Notes under the pieces: model-generated | Database searches by the model: none | What the model was told of the DNA's origin: nothing | What the model saw: only the letters and a program-made list of their open reading frames with translations | Made by a program: the position numbers and the translations under genes | Shown here: positions 22,076-33,931 of the stretch, piece after piece | Position numbering within the stretch: position 1 is the first letter of the stretch | How the letters are laid out: each line of letters starts with the position of its first letter | Source of the DNA: Carcharhinus longimanus | Lineage: Eukaryota | Reading direction: 5' to 3' | DNA length: 64,000 nucleotides | NCBI GenBank assembly: GCA_030264375.1 | Contig: JASCQW010000133.1 | Location: 24,449,399 to 24,513,398, forward strand

Positions 22076-24978
22076 TTCCAGAACTTGTCCCATCTCCTAG
22101 GAGTCTGAAGGAGAGAAATAAATCAGAAAGATAATAACAATATGATCATTTTTCTCATCTTGCAAGATAACTTCAGCAAATGAGAAAATGTTACACAGAA
22201 GCAAAATATTGCAGACAACAGAAATCTGATCTAAAATTGAGAAAATTGGAAATGCGTGCCGGTCAGACAGTATCTGCAGAGAGAAACAAAGTTACCATCT
22301 AAAGTCCATGACTTGCTGAGTCTTTTCAGCATTTCTATAAGAAAATTAACAGCCTCATGTTTTGTTATTGCACAGAGGTTTCTCTTTTTTGTGTTGGGAG
22401 AAGGGGGACATCTGTAATTGCTCCACTTCCTTGATTTCCACTACTCTTGTAGGGAACCACTAAGTAAAAGGTGTGTGCTTCCTCTATGCGGGTTGAAGGC
22501 TCACAGGAAAGAAAACAGATGACATATTTTTGTTCAGGAAGTAGCGGAAACTTGAAAGTTCAGGACCAGCAGGAGACATAGTGGTGTCAGCCAGTAATGC
22601 ATCTTGAAAAGGAGCTAGTTATTTCTGACTGTATGGAACTGCTTACTGATATCTGCTGAGTGAATCCCTGTTGAGATAAGTCTGAAAAGAGAGGCTTCAG
22701 GAGGCTTTGCAAATAAGATTAAAATTAGACTATGGTGGGAGACATTTCGATAAAGAGGAAGTATACTTCACATTGAGAGTATCACACCATGCAATTACTT
22801 TTAACTTTGTCACTTTGGATTTAATTAATACCCATAGGAACACAATAACAGTTTGTCAGCAGTGCTAAAACTCATACTGTTTTACCAGATTTATTTTATT
22901 TCTAATTAAGCAAGGTGTTTTAAATCTGAGTTCTGCTTTTCAAAATGGAAATACAGCAATTTTCAACTGCTGCTCCAATTTTTCAGCTGAACAATGGCGA
23001 CTTAGGCAACAAGGTTGGGTGGGAACCATGGATGCTCAAGGCCTGCCAACAACAACAATGCCCCCCCCGCCCCCCCCAGATCAGCTTTGCAAGTAGAAAT
23101 TGCTGATTAGCCATGTGTGTGGCTATGGCAACACTATTTAATTATATACTCTACTTTTTAGTAGAAAAAGACTTGTGTATTCTTAACAATACTGGCAAAG
23201 GTATTTCATGTGTGTGCGATTACGAAACAAACATCTATTGCCATCCAGTAACCTAAAGATCTCAATGATCAGAAGTATTGACATACTCAGCTTTTCATCA
23301 CCATTTACCAACAATGTGTAAAATAGGTGAAAGTACACATGGATATATGCTTTGTGACTCTTGAGTTTTGCAGCTTGCCTTAGTTGTGAGTCAGTTGTCT
23401 ATTACTCCATTTTTATTTACTGATAGGCAGTATAATCCATCACATCTGGATTCCCAGTTCACTACATGGCTAACAATCAATGTATTGGATACCACTGCTT
23501 AAATATGAAAATTATTGGTTGTGAAATCCTGATTACCATTTTCACATCCAAATGGGCTGAATGCATACAATGCATGGTAGGCCCAGCTGTTTATGCCCTA
23601 ACTGTCTGTCTTTAAAAGGATTGCTCTAAAAACAGCCTGGAAAGATCCTTTTGTATTGCTGGTGTAAGTTTATTTCTTCAGTACTCCTCTATGTTGCAGT
23701 TGCTTGCTGCTGGGCTATTCGTAGTCTTTAGAGGAAACAGTCCACAATCACTCTCAGCTTCCAGTGGGTTCACTTCTCTCAATTTTACTTAGTCGAAACA
23801 TCTTGTGATTGTCAAGAGTCCCCTAATTCCTGAATGGACTATCAGCAGTTTACTCGATTCCAGTGATTCCTCCTTGTCATGACACACGAAGGCCACAAGA
23901 AATCATTAATAGATCTACACCTCATGGGCTTTGTGGAATATAAGCTGCCTTATTGAGTGAGCAGTGACTCACCTGATGGGAAACAGCCAGCAAGGGTTTT
24001 TAAGCCTGTAACTTTACCCAAACTGGGTCTTTCCCTCAGGTGATAAGTCTAACCTATTCAGATACCCCAATTCAAAAACACAATTAACTGGTAGACCTAA
24101 TAAAAAACTACTACAATCTGAAGCCCACGGCAATTCGCCAGTGATGTTGTTTCAACATGGCTGGAAGAACCCCTGGGGAACCTGTCACTAAATTCTTGAC
24201 TAGATTGCGGAAACTATCTGAACACTGCAAATTTGGACTGGTTCTTAATGAAGAATTGTGGCACAGATTGATATGCAGCATAAATAATCTAACCATCCAA
24301 AAGAAGTTGTTGGCAGAACCCAATTTGGACAAAAACGCTTTGTCACTTGAGAACACACAGAAAGGTGCTCAGGAGCTGCAAGGGGCATCAGGCAGCAATG
24401 TCTTCTAACTAAGTGGCGGAGGGGGCTGTGGGGGAACCTCATGAAACCAGTCCTTAATGCAGGATGCTTATGTCAATCAGGTATCAAAAGGTTCTATCCG
24501 ATATAGGAACCCTAATTTCACCATCAATTAAGGAATTGCAGGGCCAACTCCAAGAGTATTAAAGAACGTACTCTTGGAGGGTGTAGTTGCCAGCTGACGG
24601 GTCACTGCAAGCACTGTTGAAGGACACAGCCACGGTGATGTTTCAGGAACAGGCAAGAGTGCTACCTAGGAGGAAAACCGAAACTGGTACTGGAGTGTAC
24701 CATGCAGGCAGCCCCTCTTGCAGAAGTAGGGACATGACAACTGAATTGTATTGTAACAACTAAAAGAACCCTGATAACGGTGAAATTACTAGTGAATGGT
24801 CATCCCTTAAAGATAGAGGTGGACACGGGAGCTGCAGCATTCATGATCAGAGAACAGACCTATAAGCACCTCCAGTTANNNNNNNNNNNNNNNNNNNNNN
24901 NNNNNNNNNNNNNNNNNNNNNNNNNNNNNNNNNNNNNNNNNNNNNNNNNNNNNNNNNNNNNNNNNNNNNNNNNNNNNN

Positions 24979-25055
24979 TTATTGAATGGCGGGGCAGGCT
25001 CGAGGGGCTAGATGGCCTACTCCTGCTCCTATTTCTTATGTTCTTATGTTTATGT
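24979..25055 (+). mobile_element. CR1 extreme 3' end (rest lies in the gap)
   Basis: ATTGAATGGCGGGGCAGGCTCGAGGGGCTAGATGGCCTACTCCTGCTCCTA followed by (TTCTTATG)n. Confidence 0.85.
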
Positions 25056-27016
25056 TCACACCCTTTTTCTTTCTTAGAACATGTTGGCCCTGGACTCTCC
25101 CTATTTCCTTTTTGAATGTATCTCATTATTCTATCATTGAATAATCAGTTCTCAATGAAGAGTACTTGTGTAAACAAGATGTTCCAATATTGAAACTCTA
25201 AAACATCACACGGCAGTCGAGGAGTGGCAGCAATAGTGTCAAAAATGTAAGAGAAAATACTCCAGAGCAGTGTGGAGGCTCATTAATGAGCCATTGCAGG
25301 CATTGCCAAAGGGAAAAATCAACGTGAAATTTTAGGAATAGGAAAAATGCATCCTGTTCAACAAAATAGAAAAGACCAGTACCTGACTGTACCATACAGG
25401 TATCCCATCTTCGAGGGACAGGGACATTATACCTGAATTCCATCACCACCACAAAAATCACCGTATAGTGGCAGAACTATCAGTAAATAAATATCCCTTG
25501 AAAATAGAGGTGGACACAGGAGCTGCGACCTCTGTTATCAGAGAACAGACATGTAACCACTTCCAAACTGGCATCCAACTCCTGAGCTTTAAAGATGTGA
25601 AGGCTAGACTCGCCACCTACACAGGGGAATCTTTACAAATAAAAGGCTCCAGTGACTTATAGACAGTAATCAGCTTGCCTCCCACTTATTGTTGAATGGG
25701 GGATTGGACTAATTCTTGTGGGGAGAGATTGGCTCAAGAAAGTACAGCTTAACTGGTTAGAGCTCATTCAGGCTAGGCATGGGGGGACTGTATGAGGTTA
25801 TCAGTAGATAACCTGGAGTTTTTCAGTAGGACTAGAGGAAAATAGAAAGTGCCAAGGTCAAGATATATGTTGACTCCCAACACTACATTAGTACTTCAGA
25901 ACCTGGCCAGTCCTTTATGCCATGCTGGAGAAGATGGATACTGAACTAGGGCACCTTGAAAGCTTGGATATAATAAGGCCTGTGAAATTTGTGGAATGGG
26001 CCGCGCCTGTAGTCCCTGTTCTTAAGCCTGACAAATCAGTTCATCTTTGCAGGGACTATAACCTGATGGTCAATCAGGTTATAGTCCCAAACTCAATAGG
26101 TATCCAATGCCCTGGATCAAAGATCTGTTCTCCAAGTTAATGGGTGGCAAGATATTCTCCAAATTGGACATGAGACACACCTATCTCCAGTTTGAATTGG
26201 ATGAGTCCTCCCAGAAATATGTGACAACCAACACACACACAAGGAACTCTATGAATATACCCATTTGCCTTCTGGGGTCTTGTCAGAATGTGCCATCTTC
26301 AGAGTTATGAATAACATCCCTTGAGGGCTACCCAAGGTAGCAATATACTCAGAAGATATCTTGGTCACAGGGACTTCAGATCAGGATCACCTAGAAGAGG
26401 TGTTGCAGGAATTTTCCAAGGCGGGAGTTTGCATGAAGTGGGAGAAGTGTGATTTTCAGGCTACCGAAGAAACGTACTAGGATATTGACTAGATGGCAAG
26501 GGGTTACATCTGGTAGAGGATCATTATTCCCAAACTTGGGAAGCTGGAATTCCAACAGGAAAACCAAAAACAGAAATTTTGATTCTACAAATGCAGAAAG
26601 AACTTTTGCCATGGGTGATCTGTTTCATGTAAGGAACTCAGGGGATGGTCCCAGATAGGTCCCTGGGATCATTATGGACATTAAGGAGGCACTGTCTCTG
26701 AGGAAGACTATGGAGTTAAAATCCTTCCTGGGGCTGGCCAATTATTACAGAAAACTTATCCCAAATTTGGCTTCCACACTGGCCCCCTTGCATGCCCTAC
26801 CATGAAATACCACAGATAGTCTTAGTAAGTTTCGTAGGAAGAGGTTTTTTCTAAGGTGAAACATCAGCTACTGTCATCCAACTTACAGGCTCATTTTGAT
26901 CTCAAGAAAGAATTTATACTAACCTTTGACTCTTCCCTATACGAGGTTGGTGCAGTGATGTCGCATTGCTGGAAAGATGGAATGGAGAAACCTTATGCCT
27001 ACAGGACCCTTTCAGA

Positions 27017-27141
27017 TGTTGGACTTCTACTGCCATGCCTACCACAGAATCAGAGCAGGCAAGGGGCGGACAACAAAAATGCCTGTTGACCTCGGGTGTG
27101 AATTTTCAGTTTCGATCAAGCAAGGCCATAAAATCCCAGCC
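27017..27141. mobile_element. Harbinger-type MITE inserted in Gypsy C RNase H
   Basis: It interrupts AYRTLSD|...YSQIEKEG and is similar to 5306-5414 and 46144-46270. Confidence 0.55.
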
Positions 27142-27304
27142 GGAATGAGGATATTCTCAAATTGAGAAGGAAGGGTTGGTGGTTGTATTTGGTGTGAAGA
27201 AATGCCATCAATATGTTTATGGTTGGTGGTTTTCTTATTATTACTGACCATAAACGTTTACTGAGCCTCTTTAAACAAAGCAATCCTCCACACGCCGTGC
27301 CCCC

Positions 27305-27322
27305 CCCACACACACACTCACA

Positions 27323-27354
<32 letters not shown>
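27305..27354. repeat. (CA)n microsatellite
   Basis: Imperfect CA run directly visible. Confidence 0.95.
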
Positions 27355-27355
<1 letters not shown>

Positions 27356-29322
27356 TGGTGTCTCCGCTTGGATGCAGTATGGACCTTGTTATTGGAGGCC
27401 TATGAATACATTGTGGAACACTGGCCTGGGACCTGGATAGCTAATGCACATACACTGAGTTGCCTCCCATTATCCACAAGCCTAGCTCCTGTACCAGCAG
27501 TGGAAGAGCTTGTGATGACTTTGAACATTTCAGAAACCTTGCCAGTGTCGGCAAGGCAGATTAAAGCCTGGACCCAAAAAGACTCAATTTATCCAAAATT
27601 AGGTACGTGATCTTACATAGTGGCTTCCAATGAAGACCTCTGAGGAAATGAAACTCGACACCTTTAATAAATCTGAGCTTATTGTTGAGGAGAGATCATT
27701 CTTTGGGAGTCTTGAGTGATTGTCTGTCCCAGGATGACAATTAATATTAATGGAACTACATAATGGCCAGCTGAGAGTATCAAAATTGAAGATGCTGGCC
27801 AGATGTTACATCGGTCTTGATTCTGACATCACAGACTTGGTAAAGCAATGTGACCTGTACTAAAAAAAATCAAAACCTCCCACCCTCAGCCTCCCTACAC
27901 CCGTGGGAGTGGCCTGGCAGGCCATGGGTGCATGTACATTTGGACTTTGCAGGTCTTTTTATGGGTTCTATGTTTTTAATCATGGTGGACGCACACTCCA
28001 AGTGGATGTAAGTGCACTGCCTGGGCTGCACTACCACAAAGAAATTGTGGCAAAGCTTCAGCACATACAGAATACCAGAAATCCTGGTGTCCAACAATGG
28101 CACTGCCTTCACTAGCGGTGATCTCCAGAACTTTGTGCTCTCCAGTGGTATATGACCTGTCCAGACTACACCTTACTGCCCTTCATCAAATAGATTGGCA
28201 GAACGGGTGGTTTAAACTTCAAAAATAGCATGAAGAAACTACCGGCAGCATGCACAGAAACTAAAGTGGCACGATTTTTATTCAATTAGANNNNNNNNNN
28301 NNNNNNNNNNNNNNNNNNNNNNNNNNNNNNNNNNNNNNNNNNNNNNNNNNNNNNNNNNNNNNNNNNNNNNNNNNNNNNNNNNNNNNNNNNCAATTAGAGG
28401 ACCACACCACACCACACCACACAACACAGAGCTGTTGCTGGGATGTCATATTTGTACCAGATTGAGCCCATTATTCCCAAACTTGGTGGGGAAGCTGGAG
28501 TCCCAATTACTCAATTACTGTCTGAATGAGATTAGTTGTTTGTCACTGACCATTGATGGAATGTAGGATGTTTTGATCTATGTGACTTAGAGAGACTGTC
28601 ATACAGCAGCACTAACAACCCGAGTTATTTTTCTCAAAGATTAGAAACAATTAATCTGGAAAAGTAAATATCGGCATGAATCCTTTGTGAGTTTCCAAGT
28701 TTAATTATACAGGTGGAAAATAATTTCCATTTTAAAAAAAAAATAACTCGGCCCATTAAGAGCTTCTGATAACAATATGATAATTGTTGCATTTTTTGAT
28801 GTTTTTTGGGAGTTATATATACCGCAATTTTAAATGTGCTATTTATTCTAGTTTGACCAGTTGCACTCCTACCGTAAGTGTTTATTTCACTAGGGGCATT
28901 TATCACAAATGTATTATATCTTGTAATTAATCCAGGAGATTTATCTTAAATGGATTTCCATTTGTCAAGATCTGTATTTGGTCGTCCAGTGATTTGCTAA
29001 CTATGCTTGGGGGCTGGAACTATATAATGTTGTGGTTGAAAGATACAAGAATGGTATAACTAAAATCTATTTTAGTTTAAATATTTTTTCAGTAGCTTTA
29101 AAATCATACACCTGTATATTGCATTATGACNNNNNNNNNNNNNNNNNNNNNNNNNNNNNNNNNNNNNNNNNNNNNNNNNNNNNNNNNNNNNNNNNNNNNN
29201 NNNNNNNNNNNNNNNNNNNNNNNNNNNNNNCTGTATATTGCATTATGACGAAGACCTCAATATTTTTAGAACTTGTACTCTACTGCATTTTGCTGGCATA
29301 TATTCAATTTTTGTATTTTTAG

Positions 29323-29387
29323 GGTCTTCTGGCATTTGCAGAATTTATGAATCTTTCTCTATCAATCCATTTTGGAACAGCTGGAAG
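29323..29387 (+). CDS. RAD9B: RAD9B coding exon 8
   Basis: tttag|...|gtaaat, 65 nt. Encodes GLLAFAEFMNLSLSIHFGTAG(R). Confidence 0.94.
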
Positions 29388-29579
29388 GTAAATTTGTTTT
29401 CTATAGTTTTCTAGTAACACAAAATCTAAAAATGTACATGCTCATTTGCTGGTCAGCAAACCCATGTTTGTGGCCGACTTTAGCAACTTACATATATCTA
29501 GCGCCTTTAATCCTAAAAAAAATCACAGGATACTTCACAGAGATAAATTCAGAAAAAAATAGTTTATTAAACCACAGAA

Positions 29580-30470
29580 AGAGCTCCTAGGGCTGGTAGA
29601 GGTGAAGGAGTGGGGTTGGTTGCACAAGAGTTCAGGAGAAAGGCAATAGGAAGTTATAGAGATAGGTGGAAGAATGTGTGAAGGGATATAAATATGAGCG
29701 TGAGAAAGTTTAAATTTAAGGCACTGACAGCTCTGAGCCAATCCTGTCAACAGAGACAGGTAATAAGTGTGTGGGACTTCGTATGGGATAGGATCCAGGC
29801 AGCCAGGTTTTGGTTCTGAAATTAACTGAGGGCAGAAGGTAAAATTTGGTTGGTTAGAAGAGCAATTCATTAGTCAAGATAGAAGTTGACCAAGACAATG
29901 GCTGAAGATTTCAGCAACACATGAGCTACAGTAGTGCCAGAAATGTACAATGTAATGGAAGTGAAAGGAAGCAGTTTGAAACTCAATGGAAGGAGGATAG
30001 ATTTGGGGGCAAAGGTACAGTGTTTGTCATAGTGTCAAAGATGTAGGCTTTGGTCTTCACATTGTTGTGTTGGAGGAAATTGCAGTTCATCTAAGAATGG
30101 TTATTGGACAAGCAGCCTGACAGCTTAGAATGGTCAACAGAAATGACGGAGAGACAGAATTGTCATTGTCACTGAATATGAATGTTGACCACAACTTTAC
30201 GGCTAATGTTGCCGAGGGTGTAGCAAAACAGTGCATGGCCAAAAAGAGAAGTAATTGCTAGAAATAGTTGGCCCACGATTGGATAGGTGAAAGTAAAACC
30301 AAAATGTAAGCAGATCTGTTCAATTGGACTGTGAAGAAGAGAGCTTGGAGAAGATGATGTGGTTGATGTTTGGGAGGAGAAGGCGGCTGAGGAGAAACAG
30401 GCTTGGAAATTGGTTTGGTTAGTGATTGTTATCCCCATTTCTTGATTAAGTCACTGGAGAAATCTGAAGA
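29580..30470 (-). mobile_element. Old L2-like LINE fragment
   Basis: Purine-rich + strand. Minus-strand remnants such as CLKFKL and HILPPISITSY resemble the L2 ORF2 C-terminus. Confidence 0.5.
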
Positions 30471-30863
30471 CAACAACACTTGTATCAGAGCAAGTAGAAG
30501 GAGAGATGTTTTATTATAAAGCAATATGAGGTATTGGAATCTGGGTGGTAGTTAAAAAACCTGTGGGAGTCTGTTTTAGCTCCAGCTCCAGGCAACTCTG
30601 TCTCTCAGTGTTCATTTAGGTCTGTCCCAGTTCCAAGCAATTCTGTAGGAGAGATACTTTTAATACAACAGAAGAATAATTGTAATGTGTATTTACATTA
30701 CCTAATCTAAAATAGAATTTACCTGAAAATGTCATTTCCTCATAATGAGGATCATAAGAAAAGGTGTAAATGAGAAAAAGCCATTCAGTTCGTCTGAACT
30801 TACTCCTCTACAACCAACACTGCAATCATGGGTTAGAATCTTGTGCTGCTATGGCAGTGGAAA

Positions 30864-30990
30864 ACATGTAGCATATAAACAGGGCAGGTTCCAGTCCAGG
30901 AAGCCAGAGGATGAAGACTAGAACTTAACCGTTACACATTATAACCTTTTATTTACAAACTATGTTACAAACATACACATCTTGACCCAA
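30864..30990 (-). repeat. LTR-end-like 125-bp segment, copy 1 of a local direct repeat
   Basis: Nearly identical to 32823-32945. On - it carries AATAAA and ends in ...TACA. Confidence 0.85.
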
Positions 30991-31299
30991 TGTAATTTAT
31001 TGTGCAGGAGATGAAATGTTAACTTCCTGATGACAGGATGAAAGTAGGGAATTAGCATACAGCTGATTGAAGGCAAATTGATCTTCCTAATGGTGAGGGG
31101 CAGGACCTTTTGTAATTCATAGGCATGTATGCACACTTATTAAAACACCATTTCACAGGATTAAATGGCACCTTAGCAATTAACACTGTTGTGAATGAGA
31201 TTCACAACTAGTGGCAGGCTTCCTGGTAGATTTGGACTAAGCAGGAGCTGTGTTTCTTTCATCAGGAGCTTTGATGCACAATGGGAGAGAAGGCATTAA

Positions 31300-31920
31300 T
31301 GCATTGAAATTGGATGGTGGGGGCTTGCGTGATTGATTGAGGAAGAGAAGATGTTATGGTGGGCTTATGAGGGCTCGTGGAGCACTGAGAGAGGAAAATG
31401 GACTATACATAGACGGTCAATATATACAGATGGGAGGTCAAACATGATTATGGGGAGATCCAGGGTTATAGAGGGAAACACAGTAAGAAGTCTGACAACA
31501 CCAGGTTTAAGTCCAACTGATCTATTTGATAGTAAACTCACAAGCTTTCGGGGTTTCTCTCTTCGTCAGGTGAATGGAGAGTTCCATAGAGGGAAAGCCA
31601 CTGGTGAGGTCCTGAGAGGGGCAGGTCAGGGGTGGTAGACCCTTGATGTTGACAGACAGCAGGTCAAGGGTAATGCAGCCAGGAAGCACAGCTCTTAGGA
31701 TGATGGTTGGTAGCTCAAGGGTCAACGATGACAGGGCAAGGGTGATGGAGGGAAGGTGGAAAACGCCTTGAGGAAGTAACCACAGTTGAGGTTATGGGGT
31801 GAATCAGGAGTGCAAGGGAGATAAGCAGATGGTAGCAGCAGTTAAGGTTATCTTGTGGTTTAGGGAAGAATGGTGGGGAAAGAGGAGAAGAGATCACAAG
31901 ATTCTAGCAGCAGTTGTAGT
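31300..31920 (-). mobile_element. Old L2-like LINE fragment interrupted by a Penelope end
   Basis: Purine-rich + strand with decayed endonuclease-linker sequence on -. Confidence 0.4.
31472..31582 (-). mobile_element. Penelope terminal-repeat fragment with a hammerhead motif (31539-31572)
   Basis: Reverse complement of the 3970-4085 sequence. Minus reads CAC-CTGACGA-AGAGAGAAACCCC-GAAA-GC-TT-GTG. Confidence 0.75.
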
Positions 31921-32104
31921 CTCAAGGCATCCACTGACACAGCCAGAGTAATGCTGCTGGTTTGCAGTGAACGAATGCCTGTTCAGGTGCCCTTTAAGTG
32001 TGGTGATTGGATCTTTGATCCTGTGAGGTAATGGCAGGATCAGCAACTTCCTATCACCCCTGCCACACAATTGGCCAGGCACATGTGCATGAATTTGGGC
32101 CAGT

Positions 32105-32368
32105 GTCTGTGGGAGTTTGCGCTTGCATGGGTTTTCTCCGGGTGTTCCAGTTTCCTCCCACACCCCAAAGATGTGCTCTTGGGCTGATTGCTGTAACAAA
32201 TTGTCCTTAAATTAGTCTCCCCTCAAACTGGTTTCCAATGTGGAGTGCCATAAGCGCAGACAAGGGTCATGGGTGGAAGAGGGGAACTCACAATATTGAA
32301 ATGGCGGCGCGCGCTCATTGGGCCGAAGGGCCTGTTTCCCGTGCTGTGTTGTTCTTTATTCTCTTTGA
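32105..32368 (+). mobile_element. V-SINE fragment with a CR1-like tail
   Basis: GGGTTTTCTCCGGGTGTTCCAGTTTCCTCCCACACCCCAAAGATGTG core and a TTGGGCCGAAGGGCCTGTTTCCCGTGCTGT tail. Confidence 0.75.
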
Positions 32369-32451
32369 ATATCTAATTAGGTGGCTGCCACATAATTGTT
32401 CATTGTTTATTTTTATGAAATTGCAAATATTTTTGTTTATGTGATTCACAG

Positions 32452-32568
32452 GCCAATTGCATTTAGCATTGATGATACGGTGTTTGAAGTTATTTTTGTA
32501 TTGGCTACATTAGCTGACACAGGGAGTTGCTTATCGTCACAGCACACTCAGACTTTTACCAGTAAGAG
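32452..32568 (+). CDS. RAD9B: RAD9B coding exon 9
   Basis: cacag|...AG|gtacat, 117 nt. Encodes [38 protein letters not shown] (FVLATL marks the end of the Rad9 ring). Confidence 0.92.
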
Positions 32569-32822
32569 GTACATAACAACAAATACACTTTTGAATGTTT
32601 ATCCTATTTATTTAAAGACATTATCTCTTCAATTCCTATTATTTTCATAATATAAGATCCTTCTGTTTAATGGAGATATTGTACACTCTTGCTTAATTTT
32701 AAACTAGAGACAATTTTAAACTGGTGATTTCAATGACATCTGTTCAGTTAAAGTACCACTGATGTTGATAGAGATGTAAACTGTAAATATTTATTCTTTA
32801 GTGTTAGTCATGTGTCTTTTTC

Positions 32823-32945
32823 ACATGTAACGTATAAACAGGACAGGTTCCAGTCCAGGAAGCCAGGAGATGAAGACTAGAACTTAACCATTACACATTA
32901 CTTTTATTTACAAACTATGTTACAAACATACACATCTTGACCCAA
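32823..32945 (-). repeat. Copy 2 of the 125-bp direct repeat, fused to the Gypsy D 5' LTR remnant
   Basis: Nearly identical to 30864-30990 with the same endpoints. Confidence 0.85.
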
Positions 32946-33566
32946 CAATCCAGGTTACTGGCTGTCAGGGTATATACTCTGTACCATGGAGTACCTGGCT
33001 GAGTATTACTAACGATTGTAAATAAATCTAAGTTCAGTGAAGGGATACCAGCCTCAGTAGAGTTATTTCAGTGGTGATGAGGTAAAGCACAGTTCTGAAG
33101 GAAATTGCTCAGAACAATTGGCCTAAGTTGGGGTAAGCCATTCTTATGCATCATTTCTTTAGTTGGATGACTAGATTCATTTGACTCTGCCTTCAAGGAC
33201 TGGGCCCAATATGTGGAATGCATGCATTACTTTTTTGGGCAAATGGCATTAAGGCAGATGAAAAACAATAGGACCTGACTGCCTGTGGGGCTTCAGCATT
33301 TGNNNNNNNNNNNNNNNNNNNNNNNNNNNNNNNNNNNNNNNNNNNNNNNNNNNNNNNNNNNNNNNNNNNNNNNNNNNNNNNNNNNNNNNNNNNNNNNNNN
33401 NNNNNNNNNNNNNNNNNNNNNNNNNNNNNNNNNNNNNNNNNNNNNNNNNNNNNNNNNNNNNNNNNNNNNNNNNNNNNNNNNNNNNNNNNNNNNNNNNNNN
33501 NNNNNNNNNNNNNNNNNNNNNNNNNNNNNNNNNNNNNNNNNNNNNNNNNNNNNNNNNNNNNNNNNN

Positions 33567-33931
33567 ACAAGATTATGAATGGCATGGACAGAGTGGATAG
33601 TCAGAAGCTTTTTCCCAGGGTGGAAGAGTCAATTACTAGGGGGTAAAGGTTTAAGGTGCGAGGGGCAAGGTTTAAAGGAAAATGTATGAGGCAAGTTTTC
33701 TTTTAAACGCAGCGGGTGGTGGGTGCCTGGAAATTGCTGGCTGGGTAGGTAGTGGAAGCAGATACAATAGTGAGTTTTAAGGGGCATCTGGACAAATACA
33801 TGACCAGGAGGGAATAGAGGGATATGGTCCCGGGAAGGGTAGGGGGGTCTTAGTTCAGTCAAGCAGCACGGTCGGTGCAGGCTTAGAGGGCCAAAGGATC
33901 TGTTCCTGTGCTGTAATTTTCTTTGTTCTTT
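33567..33931 (+). mobile_element. CR1 3' fragment nested in Gypsy D
   Basis: KIMNGMDRVDSQKLFPRVEESITRG...RVVGAW and a CR1 tail. Confidence 0.88.

Larger units (their letters stand above)
23875..28506 (+). mobile_element. Gypsy LTR retrotransposon C, decayed gag-pro-RT-RNaseH-IN, no 3' LTR (possibly two copies)
   Basis: A partial 5' LTR is related to the element B LTRs. Remnants include gag FLTRLRKLSEHCKFG, protease EVDTGA (twice), RT EWAAPVVPVLKPDKSV and FSKLDM, RNase H IITDHKRL, and integrase HLDFAGLF and GLAERVV. Confidence 0.88.

Noticed and set aside
20820-23800. Stretches with a faint decayed-coding look (also 54180-55500)
   Set aside because: Possibly very old DNA transposons, but I could not assign any motif reliably.
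28281-28400. CAATTAGA repeated on both sides of a 100-N gap
   Set aside because: Most likely an unmerged contig overlap.
29111-29250. 19-bp direct repeat CTGTATATTGCATTATGAC flanking a 100-N gap
   Set aside because: Probably a scaffolding overlap. A TSD around a collapsed insertion cannot be excluded, but nothing visible supports it.
32561-32567. Alternative exon 9 donor A|GTAAGA
   Set aside because: It gives phase 1, incompatible with both phase-2 acceptors of exon 10.
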